Position numbers and translations under genes: made by a program. Under the pieces are notes generated by a model. It was not told where the DNA came from, searched no databases, and saw nothing but the letters and a program-made list of their open reading frames with translations. A stretch of 64,000 nucleotides of DNA from positions 197 through 64,196 of the IMG/VR virus record IMGVR_UViG_3300044838_000031; one strand, given 5' to 3'. The stretch comes from a virus (Duplodnaviria > Caudoviricetes). This document shows positions 26,742 to 35,722 of this stretch, piece by piece; position 1 is the stretch's first letter; each line of letters starts with the position of its first letter.

Positions 26742-27245
26742 TCAGACAATCGGACCAGGTAGTATCAGCCACTGGTTGAATTCGCTGGCGTTGATGGCAA
26801 CCTCGCCGAGATGGTAGTCGTTCGAATTGCCGCCCATCTCGATGACCACCCACGGCCCGCCGACAAAAGTCGGCACCTGGACGATCATGTGCGCGTCCTC
26901 GGGATCAGCCTCCTGACGTACCGCGATGATCATGGCCGTACCGAAAGGAGCTGCAGCGGGCGAGGATACGCACACCAGATCGCTTGTGCAGTCGACGCCC
27001 GAGAACGGGCCGGTATCGCCAGGCTGGGCACCGGCAAACGAGCCGGTATAGAACTGGCGCTGCCACAGCATGGCCGCCTCGCCATAACGCAGGGCGCACA
27101 GCTCGGCGGAACCTGCGCCCGTACAGTCAGTTCCGACCATCGGGTCGTCGCCCTGGAAGCTTCCGCCCCACACATATCCGACGCCGAGCCGGGGGTTGAC
27201 GACCGTCTCCCACAGAAACTGCAAATTTGCTACCGGAATGCTCAT
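26742..27245 (-). CDS. lysin A peptidase domain (NlpC/P60-like) as a stand-alone gene
   Basis: YVWGGS...GTDCTG (Cys)...AHMIV (His)...IEMGG. Confidence 0.7.
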   Translation of the reverse strand: MSIPVANLQFLWETVVNPRLGVGYVWGGSFQGDDPMVGTDCTGAGSAELCALRYGEAAMLWQRQFYTGSFAGAQPGDTGPFSGVDCTSDLVCVSSPAAAPFGTAMIIAVRQEADPEDAHMIVQVPTFVGGPWVVIEMGGNSNDYHLGEVAINASEFNQWLILPGPIV

Positions 27246-27757
27246 GCCGACCTACTCTCTGCATACTTTTCACGGCGACACTGTCGACACCAACGCCTAC
27301 CATCACGGACGTACGTGTTCTCTGGCGAATACTCATGCCCACGTGGGCAATGTGTTTTATTTGCCGCCCAGTGCTTTCCGTTGCGTACCAAATCAAACTT
27401 GTTGGCGCTGGGGGTGTTCCAGGATAGATTCGTCAGACGATTGTCAGTCTTAATATCGTTGGCATGTAGACACTCGCAACCAGAGGGACATGGACCAATA
27501 AATGCCCTTAACACCAGTCGATGAACTAGGACTACTTCGAACGCGCCGTTATGGTTCAGGGTGGCCTGCGGATAGCCTGTCGGTCCTGGACTGACCCTAA
27601 GATTCTGTCCCGGCTGGAACCGTGACTTACGTCCATCCTTGTAGGGAACCATCCGGTCAACGCTGCGCATTCGCCCCTGATCGGATACCTCATAGACTCC
27701 CTCATACCGGACGACCGGGAGCCATCGCTCAGTCAGGTTAGCCACGGGTATTGTCAT
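27242..27757 (-). CDS. NUMOD4-HNH homing endonuclease
   Basis: ERWLPVVRYEGVYEVSDQGRMRS, VHRLVLRAFIG, HANDIKTDNRLTNL, GHEYSPEN. Confidence 0.9.
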   Translation of the reverse strand: MTIPVANLTERWLPVVRYEGVYEVSDQGRMRSVDRMVPYKDGRKSRFQPGQNLRVSPGPTGYPQATLNHNGAFEVVLVHRLVLRAFIGPCPSGCECLHANDIKTDNRLTNLSWNTPSANKFDLVRNGKHWAANKTHCPRGHEYSPENTYVRDGRRWCRQCRREKYAESRSA

Positions 27758-28206
27758 GTGCCACCTGTCAACTGGTTGTAAAGGTTGACCGCGTCGCCCA
27801 TACGCTGGTCGTATCGGTCGGGGTATGCGGACTGCTGCACGTCCTGCGCATAGGAGCCTGGAGACTGGTCGCCGCTGGTGTAGTCGAGGTTGGCGAGGCG
27901 ACTGAAGAACAGTGCGGCCGACTTGTACGGGTCCATGCAGGTGGCGGCGTCGCCCCACCACCAGCCGTTGCCGCTGTCGACAACTTGTTGCTGGAACAGG
28001 CCGACTGAATGGCTGTCGTAACCTAGCGGGCAGCCGGGGCATAGTGTCACGCTGTCAGGTACTGCCGGGTTGGCGTAGATCGTCCAGTTCGACTCGACAA
28101 ATACCGTGGCGAAAGCGATTTGAATCCCCAGCGGGGTGACGCCCATTGACTGGCCACACGCGAGGACTGCTCGCGCGTAGCCAATCTGATTGTCCGATAG
28201 CGTCAT
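27754..28206 (-). CDS. lysin A lysozyme-like domain as a stand-alone gene
   Basis: IAFATVFVES...YAN...SVGLFQQ...WG...MDP...AQDVQQSAYPDRY. Confidence 0.75.
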   Translation of the reverse strand: MTLSDNQIGYARAVLACGQSMGVTPLGIQIAFATVFVESNWTIYANPAVPDSVTLCPGCPLGYDSHSVGLFQQQVVDSGNGWWWGDAATCMDPYKSAALFFSRLANLDYTSGDQSPGSYAQDVQQSAYPDRYDQRMGDAVNLYNQLTGGT

Positions 28207-28598
28207 CTGCCGAACAGCATGTGAGTCAGCCACCACAGCAGTGGTGGCGGGCGGTCGTAGTCCCAGTCGGGGCCGTAGCCGTATGGGCCCCATCCTTGGT
28301 GCCAGTGTGAGTCGCGGTCGCCGTCGCCGCCCCATCCGCGGCCACCGCCACCACCCCAGCCGCCGCCGTGGCCTCCGCCGCCCCAGCCGGGGCGCGGGCC
28401 GAAACCACCACCGCCGTGCGGGCCTTCATGCGGGCCTTCGTGCGGTCCCCCACCGCCCCCACGGGGACCACCGCCTCCGCCGCCAGGATGGCCACCACCG
28501 TGACCGCCAGGACCGGAGACAGGAGCGAACGGCGGGACACCCAGATGCCCGTGCAGATCTTCCAGCGCGGCGACCCGCGCCTCCAAGTCGTCGGTCAT
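28203..28598 (-). CDS. glycine-rich low-complexity protein
   Basis: DLEARVAALE coil, then G/H/P/W repeats. Confidence 0.6.
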   Translation of the reverse strand: MTDDLEARVAALEDLHGHLGVPPFAPVSGPGGHGGGHPGGGGGGPRGGGGGPHEGPHEGPHGGGGFGPRPGWGGGGHGGGWGGGGGRGWGGDGDRDSHWHQGWGPYGYGPDWDYDRPPPLLWWLTHMLFGR

Positions 28599-29071
28599 GG
28601 CGTGGGGGTGACCGGTACGGGCGGCTCAAGGGCCTCCCCCGCCGCAAGCGCTGCGGCCAGACCCGACTCGTCGGCGGCCGCCAGCGGAACAGCCTGATTG
28701 GCGACCAGCGTGGCGATGTATCCCTTCAGCGCCGTGAAAACATCGGTGAATCCGGAGGCGAACTTGGTCAGGTCACCCTGTGAAACCTGAACAAGATCAG
28801 TCGGAGCAGTCATTTCATGTCTTCCTTTTTGTTGTGGTACTAGACTTTTCAGATCAGACAGCGCCGCAGCGAGCGCGGTGGTGTCAGCTTTAGGGTGCGG
28901 CGTCAAAGCCGCTGCGATGGCTTCCAGTATTTCCAGCCATGGCGGTGTAGACAGACTGTCTGGCGCAACAACTTTGGCTAGCGCGATGTTGCGGTGCCGC
29001 ATCTCAAGTGCCAGCGACAACACGATGCCGACCAGGACGATGATGGTCGCCGTCAAGCCGATGATGATCAC
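28595..29071 (-). CDS. membrane protein with probable second in-frame start at 28813
   Basis: N-terminal TM plus LEMRHR; internal AAAGGAAG RBS before MTAPTDL. Confidence 0.55.
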   Translation of the reverse strand: MIIIGLTATIIVLVGIVLSLALEMRHRNIALAKVVAPDSLSTPPWLEILEAIAAALTPHPKADTTALAAALSDLKSLVPQQKGRHEMTAPTDLVQVSQGDLTKFASGFTDVFTALKGYIATLVANQAVPLAAADESGLAAALAAGEALEPPVPVTPTP

Positions 29072-29661
29072 TTCGCCGCCCGTTGCTGCGCCAGCCCGAT
29101 GGCGTGTTCACTATCCAGGTTTGCCGTGAACCGTGCCACGACAACTGGATTGACTGTCACCATGAGTGTGTTGCTTTGCGCCTTAACGTTTGTCGCGCCC
29201 TTCACATCGGTGCCGATCCCTTCACCACTCGCGGACCAGTTAGTGGAGCCCTCGAATGCCACACCCGTGCCGACGCACACTCCACCCTTGGTGTGCAAAA
29301 TCTGGTGGGTCGCGCTCTCGCAGATCACCACAGAGTTGGCGAAGCCGACCGGATCGAGCGTTTCATCTAGCGCCAGGATCTTGCGCTCATGTACGCCACC
29401 GGCTTGGCTTTTGTCGAGGCTGACCTGCACCCGGGTAGTGGGGGTTTTCAACATGTCCATGATGACGGTGTTCAGCTCGTCATCGTCGTACCCGAACATA
29501 CTCAGCTTAAGCGCCAGCTTCTCTTGCATCAGTAGAGCTTTGAGGACACCGTGCACGTCATCGCGGCCGACGAAGAACAGGTAGGCGTCGCCGTGGCCCG
29601 GTGTGAGCGCGCCCTCCAGCGTGAACTGTGCCAGCGCAGCGATTCTCGGATCGTCAGTCAT
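29068..29661 (-). CDS. phospholipase D-family protein (single HKD-type domain)
   Basis: SMFGYDD...VSLDKSQ...ILHTK...EGSTNWS...QSN. Confidence 0.75.
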   Translation of the reverse strand: MTDDPRIAALAQFTLEGALTPGHGDAYLFFVGRDDVHGVLKALLMQEKLALKLSMFGYDDDELNTVIMDMLKTPTTRVQVSLDKSQAGGVHERKILALDETLDPVGFANSVVICESATHQILHTKGGVCVGTGVAFEGSTNWSASGEGIGTDVKGATNVKAQSNTLMVTVNPVVVARFTANLDSEHAIGLAQQRAAK

Positions 29662-29880
29662 TTAATGATTCCAATGGTTATAGGGTTGGCGCCGCAGACC
29701 GCCCGGGCCTAGATAGCGGTCACCGAACCAGCGCCGAATCGGGGTTGGCACAAGGAGATAGCCGATCCAGCCGGTCGCGATCCGCAGAAGCGAGAAGGTC
29801 AGCAGGAATGGGATTACCGCCGCGAATAGGTAGCCGTTGGGGCTATCCCAGCATTTTGCTAACCGCTTCGAGAAAGACAT
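29662..29880 (-). CDS. small membrane protein
   Basis: Hydrophobic 72 aa ORF. Confidence 0.4.
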   Translation of the reverse strand: MSFSKRLAKCWDSPNGYLFAAVIPFLLTFSLLRIATGWIGYLLVPTPIRRWFGDRYLGPGGLRRQPYNHWNH

Positions 29881-29952
29881 GCAGACCCAGTCCGAGGAGT
29901 GTCGCGAGGTAGATCGCCGTCAGCGCGCATACGGCGATCTCCTTGTTAGACA

Positions 29953-30747
29953 TCACGATACTTTGGTGACTTCGGCCAGGTCTGCGCGTAGCTCTTTGTC
30001 TTTGACACCGTCGATGTCGACCATTTTGGTCAGCATTTCCTCGGACAAAATGCAGGCGCCTTGGTTGTTGTAGGTGGTGTAGAAGTTGTCCGTAAACGGT
30101 TGCAGTTGGCCCCATGTGGGGGCTTGGCCGAGGCCGGCGGCGCGCCCGAAGCAGGGCACGCAGTGCCCACCGGCGATGCTGGTGTCCGATGTGGCGTCCC
30201 AAGTTTGGTGTGCCTGGGTCTGCTCCAGCGCACTGTTAGGCAGGTCGAAACCCAGCGTGGCGCCCTGAAACAGGAACGCGGCGGCCCAGAGCTGGTCGAG
30301 GTTCCCGGGTTTCATCTCGACGTAGGCGGCGATCATGTGCCGCTTACCGGCCGCGTCGACCATCCCGGTGTTGCGCCAAAATTTCAGCATCGTGTCCAGG
30401 TCGGTTCCGGTGTCGGTGGGGTTGGTGCCATCGGGCCACGGCTGCCCGGTCGCCGGATTGTTCAGGACGAAGCCTGCTATGCCGGAATAGTTTTGGAGGA
30501 CTGATGGGGTGTCGAACGGTGCAGGGGTTTTAGACTCGGCGCACCAGAGCAGCGACTGGTGTGCGGCGGCGGCGGGGGCGCAGTCCCCGTACAGGTCGTT
30601 GCCGAGGACCCCCCAGTTTTTGACTAGCGGGTAGTGCCCGAAATCCGGTGGCGGGGTGGGCAGTTTGCGGGGGATGATGTAGTCGGCTAGTTGTAGTTTG
30701 ATCGAGCCGGGCCGCGGATCGCGCAATCCCAGCTTGAATCCATTCAT
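29953..30747 (-). CDS. papain-like cysteine peptidase
   Basis: LGNDLYGDC (Cys)...GGHCV (His)...TWG. Confidence 0.7.
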   Translation of the reverse strand: MNGFKLGLRDPRPGSIKLQLADYIIPRKLPTPPPDFGHYPLVKNWGVLGNDLYGDCAPAAAAHQSLLWCAESKTPAPFDTPSVLQNYSGIAGFVLNNPATGQPWPDGTNPTDTGTDLDTMLKFWRNTGMVDAAGKRHMIAAYVEMKPGNLDQLWAAAFLFQGATLGFDLPNSALEQTQAHQTWDATSDTSIAGGHCVPCFGRAAGLGQAPTWGQLQPFTDNFYTTYNNQGACILSEEMLTKMVDIDGVKDKELRADLAEVTKVS

Positions 30748-30764
30748 GCGAATTCCATTCCGTG

Positions 30765-32084
30765 TTATGACCAGTTACCTACGGTGGTGACGGTGGCGGA
30801 ACCGACCGACCAGACCCGGAAGTAGGAGTCGACACCCACAATGGGGGTGGCGGCGGTACTCAAACTGATTGAGGGAATCACGGTGCCCGCGGTGCCTATT
30901 CGCACCTTGCCCGTGATTTTGGCCCAACCGATCCCTGTGGTGTTCGCGGCGACAATCGCTGTGTTGGCGGCGCGATTCATCGTGCTCTGCGCGTTGATTG
31001 TCGGCGTCACAAGTACTGTTGAGCCACCTAGAGATTCCCAAAATTGGGCTGTGATTACAGCGGTGCCAGCAGCAAGAGCCCACCCAAAGACGCTGCTGGT
31101 GCCGGTGTTCAAGGAAGATAGCGTGAACATGCACTCGAAGAAGTAGCTGCCGATAGGCAGTGTGACCGCACCGTTGGTGCTGGTGTTGAACATTTTTTGT
31201 GCCGCGGTCTGTGACAGCGCAAGGGTGTACGCCGTTGTGAGGGTGCAGAATTGCTCAATGTCGTTGACGCATCGGGTGCTGGCTGCTGGTGTCAGATAGA
31301 ACGCTGTGCCGTCATACTCCTGGACCCCTGCGGTTGGGGTGGTGAGGTTGGTTCCAGAAGTTAGTTTTAACGGTGCCAGGCTTGTGGTGCCAGCCGGTAA
31401 GACTAGGCCACCAGCAACCAGGTTCACCAAACCTGTTGCGGCGGTGGACGCATTCGTGCCACCGGAGGCGATGGCCAGCGGTGTGCTGAAGGTTTGCACG
31501 CCAGTGAAGGTTTGCGCGGCATCGGTGCGCGCGATGGTTGCCGATGTTGACGGGAAAGTCATTACCGTGCCGTCAGTACCGATAAGGTAGAGACTGTTGA
31601 AGGTACTGAGAACTTTGCCCAGAGTGATGGATAGGCCAGTCCACTGGGTGAAATCAGTGGGAGTTGCGACAGAGGCGGTAACAACCACCGCTTGGAGAGC
31701 ACCCAGGAAGAAGAGTGCTGTCGCGTTTGACGCCTCCACGGTGACGGATTGAGTTGACTGATTGATAATCGTGTACTGCTGACCAGCGGGCACCGAAGTG
31801 GTTGGTAGTTTCACAATCTGACCGGCGGTAATTCCAGTGAATACCTGAACCTGAGCGGAAGCAATCGTTAAAACAAGGGTGCTTGCCGAGGTAACTGTCG
31901 AAGCGGTGCCTTGCAGGAAGGTATTCGCCGACAGGTTCAGGTTGGCATCCCACCCAGCCCACGCAGACGCCGCGGGCGCGGTGGTGACGCTCGAAGCGTT
32001 AGTGCCGCCGTTAGCGACCGGCAGTAGTCCTGCAACCTGCTCGGTGAGGTTGATCTGCTCGCGGGCCATTAGGATCAGTGCCAA
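30765..32084 (-). CDS. tail fibre / minor tail protein
   Basis: Thr/Ala-rich; LPVANGGT and LAIASGGT fibre motifs. Confidence 0.75.
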   Translation of the reverse strand: MALILMAREQINLTEQVAGLLPVANGGTNASSVTTAPAASAWAGWDANLNLSANTFLQGTASTVTSASTLVLTIASAQVQVFTGITAGQIVKLPTTSVPAGQQYTIINQSTQSVTVEASNATALFFLGALQAVVVTASVATPTDFTQWTGLSITLGKVLSTFNSLYLIGTDGTVMTFPSTSATIARTDAAQTFTGVQTFSTPLAIASGGTNASTAATGLVNLVAGGLVLPAGTTSLAPLKLTSGTNLTTPTAGVQEYDGTAFYLTPAASTRCVNDIEQFCTLTTAYTLALSQTAAQKMFNTSTNGAVTLPIGSYFFECMFTLSSLNTGTSSVFGWALAAGTAVITAQFWESLGGSTVLVTPTINAQSTMNRAANTAIVAANTTGIGWAKITGKVRIGTAGTVIPSISLSTAATPIVGVDSYFRVWSVGSATVTTVGNWS

Positions 32085-33583
32085 TACGTCGCGAAAAGTG
32101 TGTCACCGGTTTGTGGGGCGTTGATAAACGTGATCGAGCTACCCGAGATCGTGTAGTCATTGGATCCGCCGGCCGTCAGCAGCAGGCCCCGCTGGAAGAT
32201 CATTTCCGTACCGCTCACCGGCGTATTGACTAGGGTGAACGCGGTATTCGATGAGTTGACCGTCCCGCCGACAGCCTCACGCACAACGTATCCGCCGGCG
32301 AGCTGCGCGGTCGTAGCTGCCACCATAGCGTTAGAGCCGTTGGACGCCAACACCCCTGCCGCTAGCGATGTTTGGATGGTGATCGCCGGAGTTGACGTCG
32401 ATGTGGCTACAGTGCCCTGGAAGCCGTTAGCAGTCACCACCGATGCTGAAGTGACCGTGCCGGTGCCGCCGGCGGACAGGTAACCCACATCCCACGTGCC
32501 CGCCGTGGTGCCATTGGATATCAACGTCAAAATCAGCTGCGATCCGGCCGCCATGGTCTGCAGCAGACCGCCGCCGTTGGCGTTAACAGTGACCACACCG
32601 GTGGACCGGTTGGTGATGTAATACTCTTGCCCGTTGACCAGGGTGGTGCCGGATGGCATCACCACGGTTTGTGTGGTGCTGCCGGTGAACTGCTGCAACA
32701 TTGCCGACGCCACCGTCAACGTGGTCGTACCAGCTGCAGTCGCTGTGGTCGCGACACTGCCGATGAACGCCAACGCTGTCAGGGCGGCGTTAGCGTCACG
32801 CAGGGCCACCGTGGACGCGGTCGCGCCGGTCGCCATACCCACAGCGGTGGGTGTCGCGGACGAGCCGGTGCTGTTACCGATCACCGAGTTGGCGGCCAGG
32901 TTGGCCTGTTTCGCCAATGTCACCGCGGCGGCGGCGATGGTGGTGGCGTTGGATCCTGTCGATGCGGTCACATCCCCGGTCAAAGCCGGGCGCGATAGCT
33001 GGTTTCCGGTTTTGGTGAGTGTGGAGTCGACGGTGATCTCGCCGGCGCCGGAGAACTGGGTCCACTTGATGTTGTTAGTGCCGTAGGTGAACGCGCCGGT
33101 CGTACTCGGTGTGGAAACCACCCAGCCTGAGGCGGCGTTAGCGGTGCCGCCCTCGACATAGCAATACGCACCCTGCGGCAGGTTAGTACCGCTCATGTCG
33201 GTTGCGCGTGCCACCGTCAAGTTCGTCGTGGCGTTCGTGACCTGATACAAGCCGTTACCAGGCTGCGTCGACCCCGCGCTACCGGCGCCGGTCGCCGCCG
33301 GGGCATCCTTGATCAACACATAGTCGTTGACAGCCGGGGACTGCCCATCCAAGGTGGTGCCAGAGATTGTCGTGACACTGCCCGAGGCGATGGTGATCGT
33401 CGTCTCCGCGCCAGTCGTGGCAGCCACCGCCGACAGCTTCGCGTTCAACCCCGCCGCTACACCATCCACATAACCCTTGGTCGCCACCTGGCCCGACGTC
33501 GTCGGGGTGGCAACATTCAATTGGGTTTGCGTAATGGTGGCAGACGCAATTTGCGTTCCACCATTTATCTGGGTTTGGGCCAC
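32075..33583 (-). CDS. tail fibre protein
   Basis: ATKGYVD fibre motif, VLIKD...NGLY...WTQFSGAG; Thr-rich. Confidence 0.8.
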   Translation of the reverse strand: MAQTQINGGTQIASATITQTQLNVATPTTSGQVATKGYVDGVAAGLNAKLSAVAATTGAETTITIASGSVTTISGTTLDGQSPAVNDYVLIKDAPAATGAGSAGSTQPGNGLYQVTNATTNLTVARATDMSGTNLPQGAYCYVEGGTANAASGWVVSTPSTTGAFTYGTNNIKWTQFSGAGEITVDSTLTKTGNQLSRPALTGDVTASTGSNATTIAAAAVTLAKQANLAANSVIGNSTGSSATPTAVGMATGATASTVALRDANAALTALAFIGSVATTATAAGTTTLTVASAMLQQFTGSTTQTVVMPSGTTLVNGQEYYITNRSTGVVTVNANGGGLLQTMAAGSQLILTLISNGTTAGTWDVGYLSAGGTGTVTSASVVTANGFQGTVATSTSTPAITIQTSLAAGVLASNGSNAMVAATTAQLAGGYVVREAVGGTVNSSNTAFTLVNTPVSGTEMIFQRGLLLTAGGSNDYTISGSSITFINAPQTGDTLFATYWH

Positions 33584-33596
33584 TAGATGCTCCTAT

Positions 33597-33968
33597 TTAG
33601 ATGAGGTAATCGACCGTGAGAACATCGGTTACCAATGGTGCTGTCGTGAAAGTTATTTGCGCAGCACCGGATTCGTTGTAGCCGACGTTGAGGCGTTCAC
33701 GCAGACCGTTGCGGAAGACCTGCGTCGAACCGGCCAGATAAGAGTTGACGAGGGTGAACACCTCATTGACACCGTTCTGTGTTCCGCCCGGAATCTCGTT
33801 CTCCACAGGCGCATTCGAACCCGACGGCCCTTCCACACCGGGCACCCCCGGAACCGGCATAATCAACACCGGCGTCGGCCCCGGCGGCACAACAGCTATC
33901 TGGGGTGGACCGGGCGGCGCTAACGTCACCACCGCGCCCGACGGCAACAGGATCGGCTGCTCAGTCAT
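33597..33968 (-). CDS. minor structural protein
   Basis: C-terminal beta domain shared with the 32075 and 54365 gene products. Confidence 0.65.
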   Translation of the reverse strand: MTEQPILLPSGAVVTLAPPGPPQIAVVPPGPTPVLIMPVPGVPGVEGPSGSNAPVENEIPGGTQNGVNEVFTLVNSYLAGSTQVFRNGLRERLNVGYNESGAAQITFTTAPLVTDVLTVDYLI

Positions 33969-34329
33969 TTCTTTGAACGGTGCCCTTGGCCCAATTAAAA
34001 GTGTCCGGCGTCGGCGTATTTACGTAGGCGATACGGATACGGATCAGCGCCCCAGTCGGAATCAGGTCGGTCACCGACGATTCCACTTTCCATACGACGT
34101 TGTCGCCGTTGAAGATTCCCGGCCACGCATCCAACTGTGTCCACGATGTGACGGGCTGGGTAGTGTCGGTGGTAGCCGGATAGACGTAGACGGTTGCGGT
34201 GGTGCCGACCGGGTATAGCGGGGACGGGGAGCCGGGTTGGGGCACCAGCTGAATAATCCAGTCCTGTCCCATAGAGAGTAGGACGGTGACCGGTATCGGT
34301 TCCCAGCCCAGCTCAACCGGAAAAGTCAT
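33961..34329 (-). CDS. minor tail protein
   Basis: LGWEPI...LSMGQDW...WAKGTVQR pattern of actinophage tail-tip proteins. Confidence 0.65.
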   Translation of the reverse strand: MTFPVELGWEPIPVTVLLSMGQDWIIQLVPQPGSPSPLYPVGTTATVYVYPATTDTTQPVTSWTQLDAWPGIFNGDNVVWKVESSVTDLIPTGALIRIRIAYVNTPTPDTFNWAKGTVQRND

Positions 34330-34336
34330 GCGGCGC

Positions 34337-34771
34337 TCATGACGCGGTCAACTGGAGCACGACACCGCCAGCCCAGTTGATGGAAAACGTGACACCGACC
34401 GGGGATTGGGTGCCGCCGAAGTTGACGAAGCCGACCAGCGGATAGTTGGAATACGTGGAGCCGATACTTGTGTTGTAGATGATCCCGTAGGCGGTGTTGA
34501 ACGTTGCGGTAGGCCAGGATGTGTTGGCGGCGGACAGGGTCCAGATGTTGCTGCTGTTCGCTACCGTCATCGAGGACAGGGCGACCCCGCCGGCGGTGTA
34601 GCCGGTGCCGGTGATTTCGAAGGCGCCCGGGGTGGAGGCGTAGGTGTCGGTGGCCTGGTTGGGGGTGTAGGACGATGTGGTGAGCATGACTTTCAGCGTG
34701 TTAGCGGGAATGTTGCCGCCGGCGAGGGCGGTGCTGAGTCCTTGCCCGTACCAGTGCGCGGTGACAGTCAT
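34337..34771 (-). CDS. minor tail protein
   Basis: TLKVML...EITGTGYTAGG...FSINW. Confidence 0.7.
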   Translation of the reverse strand: MTVTAHWYGQGLSTALAGGNIPANTLKVMLTTSSYTPNQATDTYASTPGAFEITGTGYTAGGVALSSMTVANSSNIWTLSAANTSWPTATFNTAYGIIYNTSIGSTYSNYPLVGFVNFGGTQSPVGVTFSINWAGGVVLQLTAS

Positions 34772-34786
34772 TAAAGCGCCTGCTTT

Positions 34787-35722
34787 CTAAACGACGGTTG
34801 GCGTCGGGATGCTCGCCGTAACTACCAGGACGGGCCACTGAAGGGTGGGCGCGGGGATGACAGCTGTGACCCCCATAGCCGGTGCGGCGAGTCCGCCACT
34901 GACGGATGTGGACACACCCGGCGCGGGAATCACCCCCATCACAGTCACGGCCGGCGCGGTAATGCCCGCATCGAATGGCGACGGAATGTACACCGGCCGG
35001 TTGTAGGCGGACTCGATGGTAGGGCGGACAGCTTGATCGAGTGCCTGCGTGATCGGGTTCAAGGCGGTGCCGCAGATGGGTGCCGGATCGGTGAGCGACC
35101 AGATGTAGGTGATGTTGCCGACGACCTTGCTGACGTTTCCCGGGGCGGTGGGGTTGGGGTTGACATTCTCGTAGTGGGGGTGGACGTTGGCCTGCCCGGC
35201 GAAGGCGTTCATTTCCGCATCGAACAGGCCGGCCCCCGACCCGGTCGGCCAGTCGGCCCAGCCGTCGTATTGCCTTGCTATAGAAAGGCATTGGAAGCTA
35301 GTCCCAGATGGTGCGGTGATGCCGCTGGCGGCGAACCAGTTGGGTAGCCACGCGCCGGTGGCGGGGCCGAGCGCGCCGCCGTACACCGACACAGAATTCC
35401 CGATGAATACGAAAGATAGGTTTGAGGGACTGATGGTGGTGGTGCTGATCGGGCCGGTGACATAGTTGGACAGCCAGTAGTTACCGATCACCGCCCCCAG
35501 GCTGTGCCCGAACACCACCATCTGCCCGGTACCAGCCACCAAGTAGGTGTTGAGCATCGCCGCGCCCTGCTGCACAATGTTGAGGAACAGGCCGTTTGTG
35601 TTGATGGGAACGATGATTGCGGTGTTGCCGGCGGTGATCGCGCCTTGAAGCTGGGACGGCATGTAGTTGTAGATTTCAAGCTCGCTGAACGCTCCACCCA
35701 ACATGAACACCGTCGAGGTCAC
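34787..35722 (-). CDS. PE-PPE-type serine hydrolase in the tail module
   Basis: VFGHSLGA, LSFVFIGN, RQYDGWADWP, VHPHY. Confidence 0.8.
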   Translation of the reverse strand: MTSTVFMLGGAFSELEIYNYMPSQLQGAITAGNTAIIVPINTNGLFLNIVQQGAAMLNTYLVAGTGQMVVFGHSLGAVIGNYWLSNYVTGPISTTTISPSNLSFVFIGNSVSVYGGALGPATGAWLPNWFAASGITAPSGTSFQCLSIARQYDGWADWPTGSGAGLFDAEMNAFAGQANVHPHYENVNPNPTAPGNVSKVVGNITYIWSLTDPAPICGTALNPITQALDQAVRPTIESAYNRPVYIPSPFDAGITAPAVTVMGVIPAPGVSTSVSGGLAAPAMGVTAVIPAPTLQWPVLVVTASIPTPTVV

